Assembly (NCBI GenBank): GCA_964016885.1
Contig: OZ024740.1
Location: 86,924,001 to 86,988,000, forward strand
Source of the DNA: Eledone cirrhosa
Lineage: Eukaryota
Reading direction: 5' to 3'
Length of the DNA: 64,000 nt
In this document: positions 13,950 to 28,300 of the stretch, piece by piece
How positions within the stretch are numbered: the first letter of the stretch is position 1
How the letters are laid out: each line of letters begins with the position of its first letter
Program-made: the position numbers and the translations under genes
The notes under the pieces: model-generated
Seen by the model: the letters and a program-made list of their open reading frames with translations, nothing else
The model's database searches: none
What the model was told of the DNA's origin: nothing

Positions 13950-14130
13950 AAAGCAACAGGCAGGAGACCCAGGGGTAGACCACAAGCAAGATGGTTGAAT
14001 GACATCCATGAGCTCAATTGGTTTCGCTTGAGGATTCAGCTGGGCCAATTCAAGACATGACCTGCTAGAAGGCATGCTAGAGAACTCTGTCCCAACAACC
14101 ATTCCCAGAGTAAGTGGATGAAGAAAAAGA
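13950..14130 (+). mobile_element. RTE 3'-end fragment
   Basis: GRRPRGRPQARWLNDI motif, resembling 55700-55780. Confidence 0.6.
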
Positions 14131-14202
14131 GTGGATCTATTTTTAGCAAGAATAGAAACAAATTGTTATGAAATGAAATAAACAGTTGGTTAAGCAAAAA
14201 CT

Positions 14203-15024
14203 TACCATATATACTCGTATATAAACTGAGAAATATGTGACAAAAAATTGCTGGTAAAATTTATATTTATATTTGTGGTCAATATTTTGCCAATTATCAC
14301 CAACTTTAAATTGTATGTAAGTGAAGTGCTAAAATATTTTCCCTTTGGAGATAAATACTATACTGGTTTCACTTTGTAGGTGAATTTGTTTTTCTTATTG
14401 TTTTTTATGTTTTGAATGAATATGTCCTTCAAAACAGTTGGAAATTGCTAAAAAAAATCATAAGTTATAAATGTTAATGGAGTTGTGAAACAAAAGCTAT
14501 ACTCTAAACCAGTGCTTCTCAAACTATCTGATGTCGTGGACCGGCATTTTTTTTTTTCAATGTGCCACGTACCGCTAATATTTCGTAGTAATATTAGTTT
14601 ATACCGGAAACGATATATATAATGAATAATAGTTGACCATTTTTTTATCTTCTATTTATTTTGTAAACAAATAATACAATATCAAAACATATAAAAAAGT
14701 AATAAAAAATTCCTCAAATGATTCCTTAGCATGGCCTGGACACTGGCCGCGTACCGGTAGATGATGGCTCACGTACCGGCACCGGTCCGCGGACCACCAC
14801 TTGGAGTAGCACTGATGTAGACGACACTTTTTCAATACAAAAATATTAAAACTTCATAAACATATTCTCCACTCATGAGAATTTCAAAACTGCACCATCT
14901 AAACATAATGTATTGATTAGCTACGTTGGCTTATACACAAGGTTTGGATATTTGCCAATTTCTCAGACATTAAATAAGGAGTTGGCTTATATTCAGATCA
15001 GCTTATGTTTGAATATATATGGTT
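14203..15024. mobile_element. Tc1/mariner (pogo/Tigger-like) non-autonomous element
   Basis: Ends taccatatatactcgtatataaactga and gcttatgtttgaatatatatgg form degenerate TIRs. Confidence 0.65.
14510..14814. mobile_element. hAT (Charlie/Buster-like) MITE nested in the Tc1/mariner element
   Basis: TIRs cagtgcttctcaa and ttggagtagcactg; the 8-bp flanks have central TA but are diverged. Confidence 0.75.
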
Positions 15025-16184
15025 ATTGCATATCTGCTGGATCTATTTTAACTATCCATAATGCTATCTATTGGCTCATAATAAATAATGTTTCCACAAA
15101 CACCACATTAACTTACAATTCATGCTTTCAGCAGTCTTGATAAAACTGAAAATATGTGCCAATCTAGTGATTGTTCAACTTTCTATTCAAGTTGACAATC
15201 TCTTGATATCAACACACCTGAGACTGCCTTTGGTTTCATGCCAGAAAAGAATGTCCATATTTAAATAAAATCTATCCTTCATGCCCTTATATAAAAACCT
15301 TTTGTTATGTCGGAATACCAAGTTAAGAATGAAAAATCATTTTACTAAACTCTCTGTAAATTCTTGATTATTTTCAAAATTAATTTGAAAGTATAGACTA
15401 TATATGACAATGAAAAGAATTAAAGAGTGCATATGCCTTCACCTATCTGGGAAGTACACTTTTCAATGATGTCCTGTTTAACAGTGACATCTTCAATCCC
15501 CTTACTAGTCTTTGTGAAAGTCTGGCATAACCATGGTGTAATTTTGTTTAGTGAAAATCAAAGAATAAAATCATGCTGAGTATGACAATTCTATAAATCA
15601 AAATTATATTAGTTTATAGCAGTAACAATTGTTTTCTACGTTTTCCTAAAAATCATTGTGATGCATTTGGACACATCATCAGTGATGTTACTTGGGGTTA
15701 TTGGGTGTTTCAGGTGTTTCAACATGAATCCAAATGTCCTATTGTTGATCAAGATCCAGCTTGTTTCCAGTGAACACTGACAAAACATGTCTTGCTTTTT
15801 CCGACTCAGAAGCAATAGGAAGAAAATTCTGCTGCTTTGGTAGGTAACTGGATGGCCTTTCACTTGCTGTCTCCTGTTGAAGGACTGGCCTGGAAACTCT
15901 CAGCATCCTACCCCAATGGGCTCACAAACCCTAAGCCACCTCGTTTTGGTATACTTCCACCAGTTCAGCATACAGCATTCTCTGCCTCTTAGAACTATTT
16001 AGATAAATTCTTATATAGAGCATAAGCAGTCTCAAATCAATAGATAGAGTTTTAAGAAAGATTGATATTGTTTTGTAATAATATCCTTCTTTGTTGACCA
16101 AAAATATATTTTTTAATCAATAGAAATGGATAACAGTTCCAAAACTGATAGATGTCAGAAAAGATATGGCTTTCTTTTACTCAC

Positions 16185-16353
16185 CTTCATTTGGTAATCT
16201 TGTGTCTGAATCATCTAAATATGCAATTTGCCGATTTGGTGAGTCCATATATATTCTTTTAGGTTCTACATGAGGTGAATCTTGTTTACATGGTGTATAT
16301 GGTCTATCAGAATAATCATGAGGGGGTAGAAAAACTCGTTTCATATCTTCATC
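16185..16353 (-). CDS. Host gene exon (DEDMKRVFLPPHDYSDRPYTPCKQDSP...DTRLPNE)
   Basis: Acceptor ccatttcag|, donor AAG|gtgagt; 169 bp, phase 0 to 1. Confidence 0.85.
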
Positions 16354-16445
16354 CTGAAATGGCAAAAACTAAACGAGACATAATTCTAAGTTAATTAATT
16401 AAAAAAAGTAACTAACAAAATACAAGCATGAAATGGAATTATGAA

Positions 16446-16503
<58 letters not shown>

Positions 16504-16506
16504 GGA

Positions 16507-16834
16507 GGCACATGGCTTAGTAGTTAGAGCATTGGCCTTGCAATCGAAAGGTTGTGAGTTCAATTCTCAGACCGGGTGATGTGTTGTTTCCTTGAGCAAG
16601 ACACTTTATTTCACATTGCTCCAGTTTACTCAGCTGTAGAAATGAGATGATAGGGGCTGGGGTCCATATCATTCCACTGCAAAGTGGTCGTGGAGGTGCC
16701 ACGGCAAAAAAGCACCCAGCACTCACTGTAAATGAGGTTGGTGTTAGGAAGGGCATCCAGCTGTAGAAATCAAGCCAGAATCAGTTCCCGTCCCACCCTT
16801 GCAAGCAGGGAAAAGCGGACGTAAAATGATGATG
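16507..16834 (+). mobile_element. tRNA-head SINE family B (CORE-like centre, RTE-derived 3' tail)
   Basis: A box tggcttagtagttag, B box gagttcaattc, ccttgagcaagacactt, tail ggacgtaaaatgatgatg. Confidence 0.9.
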
Positions 16835-18249
16835 AATGATATATGCACATTATGATTCATACATGAAAAATGGATTAATACTTTTTGGGGGTTGTGGCTG
16901 CTTTGCCAAGCAACTTAATAACAACATGTTGTTCAGACACCATCCCTGTACCTGATGAATTATGCCTGAGCATTGCACCACTGCTTCATACATTTTGTAT
17001 TTCCATGCACATTCTGCAGTTTCTGCCATGTCAGTGCTTTGAAACCTAAGGTAGCACAATACATGTTATGATTATGAATCATAAAAAATTAGCTCTCTTG
17101 CATTAGATGGAGTACTCTTTACTTTTTTCCATCCCATGGACACACATACATATACATATATATGACATAAGAGGAAACTAAAAGAGTTAGCATCAGGAAA
17201 GCCATCTGCATATAAAACACTGCCTCAAAAAGTCCCATACTATCATGGAAAAGCAAATGTAAATATTATGTCTGTGTGTGTGTATATATATATATATATA
17301 TAACCTAGCATGATAGTATTTTGCAATAAATCAATAATCAAATTCTACAACATAGTGTTACATTTACAAACTGAGACTACTGTTTAGTTTTTCTCTCCAA
17401 TCATGCTTGTATAGAAAAACAGACATAAAACCATAGAGAGTAAATATGTTATTCGGTGTATCTAAAAGTCACAGCTTTTCAAGTTTAATATTATTTTTTG
17501 TTTAGTTTTATATTATAATTTTCTTTATAGGTTAAACACTCTGCAGAAGAAAATAGCTTGGTATTATTCCATAGCATTGTGATGATTTACATTAATGAAT
17601 GTTTTTAAAATAATAATCTTTGTTTTTAACATAGACACAAAGCCAGAAATGTATGAAGAGGGTAACAGTTGTCTATACTGACCCCAAAACATGCCTGGTA
17701 TGTTATTAGGTTATTTTATCACCAGTAGAAGAATGAAAGGCAAAGTTAACCATGGCAGCATTTAAACTCAGATTCTGTCAATCAACAATTACGATAACAT
17801 TTCTTCCAGTACACTCTGTAAAGTGGTTGGTGTTACAAAGGGCATCAAGCTCTAGAAGCATTGCCAAATGAAACATATGAGATAAGTCTCCCTACATGGC
17901 TAGCAGAGAAGTGATTTCACATACAAACTTATTCAGACAATGACAAGCCATCAAATCCATGCCATAATGAGAAACAGATACAAAATGATGATGATTACTC
18001 AGAAATACACACCAAGGTTTGATTTGAAAACTCTGTCAGTAAGTGTACCAGAAAATATAAATAAAAATATTTTTGCATTATTTTTTAACCTTTATGTCAG
18101 TCATCTTGATTTGACATCTATTGTTACTATATGCTAGTAATAGTTAGAGGTGAAGACAGCTCTATAGTGATACAAATTTTGCTATAGAAAAGTGAAGATC
18201 TCACCATATTTATACTTTAAAAAGTTCAAAAGCAGCAAAAATTGTTTTC

Positions 18250-18452
18250 ATACCCACATTTATATATATAAACACACACATATATATATACAAACATACA
18301 CCCATATATATATAATATATATATATATATACATACAAACACACCCCCATATATACATACAAATACACACCCATATATATACATACAAAGATACACACAC
18401 ATATATATAATATATTATATATATATATATATATACATACATACAAACACAC

Positions 18453-18487
<35 letters not shown>

Positions 18488-18500
18488 AAAACACATATAC
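18250..18500. repeat. Compound (TA)/(CA) microsatellite
   Basis: Direct reading. Confidence 0.9.
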
Positions 18501-19675
18501 CTGTGTCAGTGTATTACAAGGAAATTTACAGGGTTGCATATTGCTCGGTAGAAAAGAAAATCATTCAAGTGATAAAAAAAAGCACATATATAAAAAAATG
18601 CTAACATTTCCAATGCATACATATAAGTATAAATGAAGTGATATAATAGTCTCCAGTTTATCATAGAAGAAATATTTATTTTTAAGGATAATAATAAGAT
18701 TTAAATTTATTTGGTGATTTACTTTCTGAGAACATACCTGAAATAGTTTAAATGTTGGATAATCTAAATATTCTTAGTGGGTATATAAAAAAAAGCATTT
18801 ACTTTCTGCAAAAAAGAAATGTATATTAAGATGAAACTAATTTTATTCTGCTGTCCAAGAGTATCTTATCATGACATTTCAGTTGGTGCATTGATTTAAA
18901 AAAAAAAAAAGCTTTCCAAAAATGTATTTCATAGTAAATGACTAAGGATGATACAGAGACAAAATGAAAGCACCCATCAAAATATAAGAGGCTAAACTTT
19001 AACATTTGTCAATCTATCACCCCAAAATAAGTAACCTAACATTATTTATCTGTCATGATCATTGACATGAATTCCACAAGGCCACTGACCTAAATTTAGC
19101 AGTTGTCATTATGTCAGAAATTAGCTTATGTTGTGGTAGAAGGTAAAAATTAAATAACCACTCCATTCCAGAAAGAAACATTTGCTACAAGTTAGGAATA
19201 AAGAAAAGAAGATTGGAAAATTGGTAAAAGATTTAGAGCACAAGACAAAATCTGTTGTGATATTTGTTTGGTTCCTTGCGATCTCAGTTCAAATAATGTT
19301 AAGGTCAACTTTGCCTTTCATCCTCCAGAGTTAATAAAAGTACCAGTAAAGGATGGTGGACTGGCAGAACCACTAGTGCATCAGATGAGATGCATTGTAG
19401 TATTTATCCTGCCTCTTTGTTTTCTGAGTTCAAGTAGGGTGGTAGATTTATCAAGTGTCCAGTTTAATATCACCACCTTGCTTTAGTCAAGTCCAGCTTG
19501 CAACAAGGACTCAGGTCAGATTTCTGGCTTGTGATATTTTTTTTCTTGCTTCCCCATCAATTTGCAAGACCCTGAAAAGGATCATGGGCACTGCCCTTTC
19601 TCCTAACTAAGCAACAAATTAGTCACAGAAATTACAATAACAATAGTTTTGAATAAATTTTCTTGGTTTACATAC

Positions 19676-19836
19676 CTCATAGTTTTTACTGCATTCATCA
19701 GAAAATTCATCTAAACTTTTATCATATGTATCATAGCTTCGCGCATCCTCCGATGGAGACATGGGATAAAGGTGACTTTCTTTTGTTGAGCCAAAAAGCT
19801 CAAATGTATTTGTATGGCTGGTTGTATCACTACCGT
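19676..19836 (-). CDS. Host gene exon (GSDTTSHTNTFELFGSTKESHLYPMSPSEDARSYDTYDKSLDEFSDECSKNYE); gene tentatively a nephrin/Sns-like receptor tail
   Basis: Absent from the ORF track. Acceptor atctttccacag|, donor GAG|gtatgt; 161 bp open, phase 1 to 0. Family assignment rests only on recalled resemblance. Confidence 0.8.
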
Positions 19837-20673
19837 CTGTGGAAAGATAATTTTATTTTATGATAGCAATTTCAAAAAATATTTGAGATGTATAAAATTG
19901 TGTGGCATAATCATTTCAACTGATATTGATCACAATGTGTTCAATAATGTTTAAAGTATATGACATATATTTCTAGCTCTATGGTCTCATTCTTAATGTA
20001 AGGATATGCATATCACGCATTTGGTTTAAATAAATTTCTAATGAGACTGATTCAGATGAAGTGAAAAGTTTAACTAAAATTGACTATTTTATAGCCTTTC
20101 TAAAAAAGAAAATATATCAATTTTTAAAATATTAATTTAAAAGGAAAAGATTGAAGAGAAATTTTCTATCTTAAGAAAATATCTCAGCCATTAGAATATA
20201 GATATATTCTTTAACCTGAACATTATTTAATTTCTATTGAGAAAAGCAAAGCAAGAAAAAGAAAATAGTCTTGCTGTGTCAAAGTTTCTAATAAAATAAA
20301 AACTAGAAGACAATAAATAGCAGATAGGCTAAATTGCAAATATATACAAAGAATATGAAGATAGTTTCACAGTAGTTATAATTTCGACAGAATACCTCAT
20401 CTTCATTTAGTGGCTAACTTATGAATAATGTTATATTATTTGTTTATTTACTCTATTTTTTGCTGTTTTAGAATTTACAAAACAATAAGAAAAGAAGAAT
20501 GACTTTACATTTATGTAGCTTGTTAAGCTTCAAAGCATAATATCCTATTATATGCATGATTAATTTTTTCATTATTAAGAAAATAATTGTTGTGATAACA
20601 TATTGACAAATAGGAACAATAAATGGCAACAGCTTAAGAGGTGATTCACAAAGAGCATACTGTTTATATTTTT

Positions 20674-20985
20674 AACAAATTGAGTTACAAATATCAGTTA
20701 GAGTTCGACGAAAATAATGTAACAACATTAAGAATGTAGAAAAAAGTAAAATTAAAATGGATACTGTTAAAGCATTGTCGTTCAACAAGGGGATGGTAGC
20801 TATATCCTTTAAACGAGAACTGTTTAAATTTCTAACAAATTTAGTTACAAGTACCACTAAGAGTTTGATGAAAATAATATAGCAAAATTAATATGTAAAA
20901 AGAAAGAAAATTGGAAATTGAAATAGATATTGTTAATGCATTGTCTCTCAACAAGGAGGTGGTGGCTATCTTTTAAATGAGAACT
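20674..20985. repeat. Diverged tandem duplication with a unit of about 160 bp
   Basis: aacaaatt(g/t)agttacaa...gcattgtc...caacaagg...gagaact occurs twice. Confidence 0.75.
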
Positions 20986-21788
20986 CCAAACGTTTTAAGA
21001 AATACATTCTGGAAAAATTAACATTATAACTTGGTAGGTTGTATTTTGTTTAGATGAGGGATACTGTTTAAAAAAATTGTTTAAATTAGTAAATTTAACA
21101 TAACACAAAAATACATCAAGTTTGAAACACATGCACATGAATCAGAAAGTTTTCTTATTTTCTGGAAGAAATAAAGAATGAGTTGACAGTGAGAAATAAT
21201 AAATGTTGACCAAACAATACTGACAAGCAATTGATCAACTAAAGAAACTTCTAGCTTACTTGGAAATAGGCAGTGTTTGCAAATAAGGACACTCATACAT
21301 TTCTATCCTGTGTATGCTTATTTATTTTTTCTTTGTTTTTTTTTTCTTTTACTGTTTAGTCAGGGATGTAAGAAAGTAACCTAAAATTTGAGACATGACC
21401 TAAAAGTTTGTAACAGAAATTACTCCACAAATAGCACCCAACAGACAGGGATTAGAGGTGAACTGGGCAATGGATTGTGAGTGTACCACCTAAGTAGACC
21501 ACTTTGAAATTTAAACTCAGAATGCAAAGAACTAGAACAAATACTGCAAGGTATGGATGCACTGACAGTTCCAGCAATCCATTAATCTGGATTTGCATTT
21601 TATTTTATCAACCCCTGATAGAATGAAAGGCAAAGTTAACCTTGTAATCAGCATGCAGAGAACCAGAAACAGTACTGTAAAGCACTAATGACTTTTCTGA
21701 TTAAGTAACAGGTTTCAAAGGACCCATGATATTGTGATGTAATTTATTTGGATTCTATTTTTAAATTGTATAACAAGTAGGTACACTT

Positions 21789-22811
21789 CATCATCTCATC
21801 ATCATCATCTTCGTTTAACGTCCATATTCCACGCTCGCATGGGTTTGGACGGGAGTTTTCCCACTTGAGGCAAGAGTGGTTGTCTTGCTCGCATAGGTCT
21901 GTCTGCCCTTCCTAACACCAACCACGTTTACAGTGTGGAACTGGGAGGTTTTTACCGTGTTACCTACATGGCCACATTACAGCGTGGACTGTGTGTTTTT
22001 TTTGTCGTGACACCTACACGACCTCATTTGTTTCGGGCTGGATGTTGTGGTACCAACATAACTTTACATTGAAAGGGGTGGTGTGGATGGGGTGGGGGTA
22101 GTGGGACGGGGGTGTATTTTGTTAGAGGTGCCTACTGACTGTAGTAGGTTTCACTTTGCACTTAGGTAAGGCGGGTCTTCTCTATTACTGTGTAGCGCCA
22201 AAGATCTCGGTCCAGTGACATTGTCTTGGAGAGGTGTAAGTGTGTGAGGTCGGAATTTATCAAGTCGTCCCAGGTTTTTCTGGGTCTGCCTACTCCGTGG
22301 CTACTGTCTATTTTTATTGCCCTGTACTTTTTTATACAGCTATTGTCTTTCATGCGCATCACGTGACCATACCAACGTAGTCTTCTCTCGAGTAAACAAC
22401 ATCTGATCCCTCTTATTTCTAATTTCTCCCTTAGTTCGTTTATGCTTTGCCGTTTACGTATATTACTATTACACATCCAGCGGAACATGCAAGCTTCGTT
22501 TCTCTCCAGTCTGCGTATATCCTCTGCACACAATGCCCAGGTCTCACTGCCATGTAACATTGCTGTTCGTATGCAGGCATCATACAGCCTGCCTTTCATT
22601 TTTAGAGAGAACCCTTTAGTGGCCAATAATGGTATAAGCTCTCTGAACTTTTTCCATCCCGTTCTGACTCTAGCTACTGTACTTTCAGAGCACCCTCCCC
22701 CACTGCTAATTTTATCACCCAGGTAACGGAAGCTGTCCACTATTTCTATAGAACCATCTGTGCAATGGAATGAGTTAGTATTCTGTGGGCACTTGCTGCT
22801 ACTTATTGCAC
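21789..22811 (-). mobile_element. 5'-truncated copy of the same RTE family
   Basis: The 192-aa ORF closely matches 31670-32272; same 3'UTR and (GAT)n tail. Confidence 0.95.
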
Positions 22812-24004
22812 TATTAAATGTGAATAGCTATGAATGATAATGATTTCATTTAGCTAGAAACTGGGCCAATATTTGAAGAGTGTGTACATTGAAACTAATC
22901 CTAGTATTATTATGTTCATTATATTTTTGACTGAATTCATATGCTACAGAGAATCTGCAAAATTCTCTGCCTTAGTGTCATCTTATTTCTAAAATTCAAA
23001 AGTAAAAGTATTGCTTAATTTAAGAATATGTTGTCACTGTTACCTAAAATCTTAAATTTCTTTTTTATAATCTTTGAAAATGATAATTATAATGATAATA
23101 ATAATTTCTAATTTAGGCACAAGGCATAGGGTAGGGCAAAATTTACCTTGGCAGGATTTGAACTCTAAAAACAAATACTACAAAGTATTTATCAATTCTA
23201 TCAATCCACCACCCAATAATGATGATGATGATAATAACAATAATAATTTCTCAGATTTGATACAAAACTATAGGAATGTAGATAGTGAATTTAATCAGCC
23301 AGAGGCTATTATTACTAGCTAAACTACATTATGAGCCTAGTTTTACTAGCCAGAGTATACAATGACCCAATGAGAGCCTCCTTGACCTACTAAATATAGT
23401 CACCAAATCTTACCATCTTAAAAAGAATAAAAACATGCTGGATAACATGTTTCTAGATGCACAGTATCTGAAAAAAGAAATGATAGGACAGTCACAGCTG
23501 GATGGCTTTGCTTGTTCAGAGCTGACCTGGGGCTAAATAACAATGACGATAACCAGCACTTAACTGATCAACATCCCAGAAATCTGAAGGTCAGAGTTGA
23601 ACTAAAAATGTCTAAATACAAAACTAAACACTGCAAATTCTAATAAAAGCAGAAGATAAAGTTTGAGAAAAGTCGATTACATCTATTCCAATAATTGACT
23701 AATAATATATTTATGGAGTCCAGAGGGATTTGAGCTTGAAATATAAAGACCAGAACAAATACTGTAAAGCATTTAGTCTAATGTCTTACCAATTCTGCTA
23801 ATGCAGAGTTGTAATGATAATAACTTTTATTATTTCTAATTTAGGCTCAAGGCCAGCAATTTGTGAGGGTAAACGTGGATTACATTAGCCATAGTACTTG
23901 ATGAGCACTTTATTTTATTGACTCAGTAATAATAAAAAAGCAAAGTTGACCATGGCAGGATTCGAACTCAGAACATAAGGAGCAGAATGAATATATTGCC
24001 CTAA

Positions 24005-24648
24005 TAGTTAGCCCAGAAGGATTATAAAAGAGGCAGACATGATAAAGTGGCTACCATGTTCCACTGAATCTCGTGTAAAAAGTATGGATTTCCACGTGCA
24101 GAGAAAAGCTATGAACATGGTGTCAGAAATGAGATAAGATTGCTAGAGAATGATAAGATAAAATGCTGTTATGGGACTTCTCGATTAGGTCCGAGATGAA
24201 GATTGAACACAACAGACCAGATGTTGTAATTGAGAAGAAGGAAAGAAACTGCACCCTCATAGGTGTAGCATTCTTTTGATGCCAGAACTGAACGAAAAGA
24301 GAAGGAGAAAGTAGGGGCTTATACTGACTTAATATATGAGATCTTGGAATGCTGGAGTAATTAAGTGAAGACAGTCACCATTGTCCCAGTGGTAATTGGT
24401 GTTCTTGGCATGGTGACAAAGAACCTTGAAAATTACCTGTCGAAAATAGACTTTGCACCGGGGATTGAACCGTTCCAAAAGACATGCTCATTGGGGAACA
24501 GCCGAAATATTGAGAAAGGTTCTGGACTACAAACAGTAATGAAATAAAAAGGAATGATATGAAAAGGTTTGAGTCATCCTAAGTTACTTGTAGCCCAATA
24601 TTCCCTAGAATAGCTGGCCCAAAGCAACAACAATGTTGGTCATAATAA
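24005..24648 (+). mobile_element. 3' fragment of a second R4/Dong-type LINE (RLE domain)
   Basis: Translated fragments RHDKVA, HNRPDVVI, VPVVIGVLG and QKTCSLG, followed by a TAA-rich tail. Confidence 0.8.
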
Positions 24649-24667
24649 ATAGTCAAATAATAATAAT

Positions 24668-25093
24668 TGTTTCTACTTTAGGCACAAGGCCAGCAATTAA
24701 CCAGTACATTACTGGTACTTTATTTTATCGACCCCGTAAGGATGAAAGGCAAAGTTAACCTCGGCGGGATTTGAACTCAGACTGCAAAGCGATGTAACTA
24801 TGCTAGAAAGCATGGCGTCCAACCCTCTACTGATACTGCCAATTCACCGCCCATAGTCAAATAATAATAATATTTATCGTAATAATGGCAATTGCTTAAA
24901 GTTTTGAGTGTAATAATTGTTTCTACTTTTTTGGCACAAGGCCAGCAATTATCCCAGTGTATTACTGGTACTTTATTTTATCGACCCCGTAAGGATGAAT
25001 GGCAAAGTTAACATCGGCGGGATTTGAACTCAGACCATAAAGGGCCGTAACTATGCTGCAAAGCATGGCGTCCGACCCTCTACCGATACTGCC
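24668..25093 (-). mobile_element. Two SINE A copies; the first has a 19-bp TSD atagtcaaataataataat
   Basis: TSD at 24649-24667 and 24853-24871; second copy at about 24912-25093. Confidence 0.9.
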
Positions 25094-25329
25094 ATAATAA
25101 TTGCCTATTTCCAAGGAAAAAATAATACAACTAAATTGAAAAATTTATAAACCATTTAAGAGAAACTAAAAAACTGAAAATAGTTAATTACAAAGGAAAT
25201 TTTAAAAACATTAAATAAAGCAATACATACATACATATATATATATATACATATACACATATATATTAATGTATATGCGTGTACATATATATCATATATA
25301 TATTAATGTATATGTGTGTACATATATAT

Positions 25330-25384
<55 letters not shown>

Positions 25385-28300
25385 CATGGAAACACCAAGT
25401 TATAAGAGAGAAAGATAGTGGAGTGGATAATAGATGGAAAAGAGAGAAAAGACAATTGTGACAGTTTTAGTTGGTTGAAAGAAACTGCTGAAGTGGCATG
25501 TGATGTGGATGCATATTGTGAATGAGAAAAGAACCACAAGTGGTACATCAAAAAAATATCTATTGTTAAATAGCTGCTATAGAATCAGATGGTAGAGAGA
25601 ATCAAAATCTTTTTAACTATTGGTGAAACAGAACAGATGGAAAAGAAAATCCACTATTTTTATTATATTTTCTCAGCTGTTTTAAACTTGTTATAAGATA
25701 TAATAGGGACCGATTTAAAACAGAAAAAAAAAGGTCTAATGATGGGATTTGAACCATGTAGTTTGCTTGCTGTGTGACTGTAACCAATACATTATAGTGC
25801 AGTGTGGTCTCAAACTTTTTACATTCTATTTATCTAGAAAGTAAATTTTTGATTTTTTCAATACTTTGAATTTACATCTCTATCATAATACAGTAACTGA
25901 CAAAATGGAAATTTGAAAATTTTAGCTATTATTAGTTTAGATTCATAAAACAATGTTATTTTGCTGACTTATGAACAAAAAATGACAAACAAAAACTGGT
26001 AATAAGACCAAATACAGTCAATCAATGAGATTCTTGTTCTTGCTTTTCATCAACAAATTTGGAGTTTCTTGAAGTGATTGTTAAAAGAGCAAGCCTCATG
26101 AGAACTAATCAATATTGAAAAACAAATATGTACAAATCAAGAATCAGTAAATTTACCCCATTAAGGTAAAAATTACTCCCAAGAAAATAAATTTACCCCA
26201 AGTTGGGAACCTCTGTTATATGTCTGTCATTCCATCTTGTCAAAATAGCTCCACCAATCTATTCCTGCTATTTTAACTGCACTATGTTATCTCAATAAAA
26301 CATACTGTTAATCATTTGTGTTGCCATAGTAATTTATTCTACCAAACCAGAGATATGTGTTCAAGTCTTGTCAAAAAGTATGTTACTCTTTTCTCTCTCA
26401 AACTGTTACTAGTGTCTAATGTTATTTAGATTAAAATAGATACAATTAATGACTGTATAGGAGCTTAATAAACCATTAGTGACTGTATGCAATGGTAGGT
26501 GATCAGAAATAACTGCATAGCCAAACTAATATATAACAAACTAGTATTCAGGCATAATAGCTGTGATGATAAAGTGTTCAACTACTGATCACAAGGTAAA
26601 AATCTACAACTTACTACAGGAGACATTGTACTGTGCTTCTGGGCAAGGCACAAAATTCTTCTTGCCTCAGTCTGCCTGACTCACAAATCAGTAAGTGGGT
26701 TGGCTGTAAAAATAAATGCTCCATCAATATACACATTTCCTAATTTAGGGAAAAGAAATCACACCCACACATGTATGGCATAGAAAAAAGTATGTCTATG
26801 TGAATATAAACTTGTGTGTAGAGAACAGTCACACAAATGTTTATGTAAATTAAAATATGCAGTAGCATAGAGAGTATATGTGTCAGAATGATTATGGTAT
26901 AATTTATGTGTAAGACTATATTCTTTTATATATATATTTCACATACAAAAGTTTCTGAAGGTAAAATAAGAGTCAAAGAAAAAAAATGGTGTGTGTATGT
27001 ATGCACCTACATATATGTGTGCATGTACATCTGTGATTGCTCTTTATATAAACAAGTAATAAATGAAGTCAATGTCCATTGAAGAGTTAGATATATTTTT
27101 TATAAAATGTAATCATTTACGTTGTGGTTATTATAGTTTCATGTTAATCAATTATTATTGAATTAAAATATGACTTGGATCAATATGTACTCATTAGGCC
27201 ATGGGAAACTAATACATGTGCATATGCACGAAGTCAATTAAAGTTTATGGTTGTGGAACAGATGATGTAAACATTTCATTTTCTCTTCAGCGTCTATTGG
27301 GTTTTGAATAAAAGTTAAAAAGAAAGTGAAAAAGTGTTAGTAGTTTTTATGCCACCATTGGTACTACATTTTGTCTGTGTCCAAAACACTTAACTAAATG
27401 GCTCAGATAATCTTATACAAAATAGGTATTGCAAAGTATGAACAACTTGCCATAGTAAGTAATAGCATTAAAACTATTTTCCAAGTCTGTACTAGAATTG
27501 AATTTCACTTCCTGCAGATGATTTAGTCAAAGCCTCTGAGATTGGTGCAAAGAAAATATCCTTAAATTAGAGACCTGGCCTGAATGTATGCTGTAGAATG
27601 GATTCCACTAAAGCAGCCAAGGCTAGGTTGTAGTGTTAAACTAGGTGACAGATTAAGTCTATGACTTAAGTAGCCTACAGCAGGATTTGAACTCAGAACG
27701 ACCAAGAGCTTGCGAAAATACTACAAGACATCTCATTCAATCTTTTAACAAATTCACCAAACCACTACGCTGAAGTCAATCTTTGTCAAATTGCAGAAGA
27801 AAAATGCCTAACTGCTCACATATGAAAATTCCCAACTTTTATTAACCTGCTTCTACCTAATGAATGTGAGGCATGGTGGTTCTGACAGAGCAAATCTATA
27901 ATTAAAGGGATTCCAGTCATGACCATTTCAGAGTTTAGTATCAAGCTGGAAAGACAAATAAGTTCACTATCAAGTTTCTAGAGACAAAGATAGTCTGGGG
28001 TACCACATCATATACAGGTATTGAACAACTAACTCTGTGCTCTTCAGATTCATATGCAAGTACTTAAGTACTGAAAGTATATTTTGGTCCAATTTATATA
28101 AGAGAACTTGTTCTGTGAAAAATGTTGATATTGAAGTAAAACAGTGGCTCTTCCATTATCTCTTATTGTTTATGAATAGAAGTCTGATCTCAAGTAGACT
28201 ACTTAGCATTGTGTATAACCACGTGGAAACGCAACTCAAACATGAATTAGTAATTCTCTTAATTTTCCATTACCTTTCACTATTTACCACAAATATATTT

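Noticed and set aside
16507-16580. tRNA-like sequence as a true tRNA gene
   Set aside because: SINE head continuous with a CORE-like body and RTE tail; no acceptor stem
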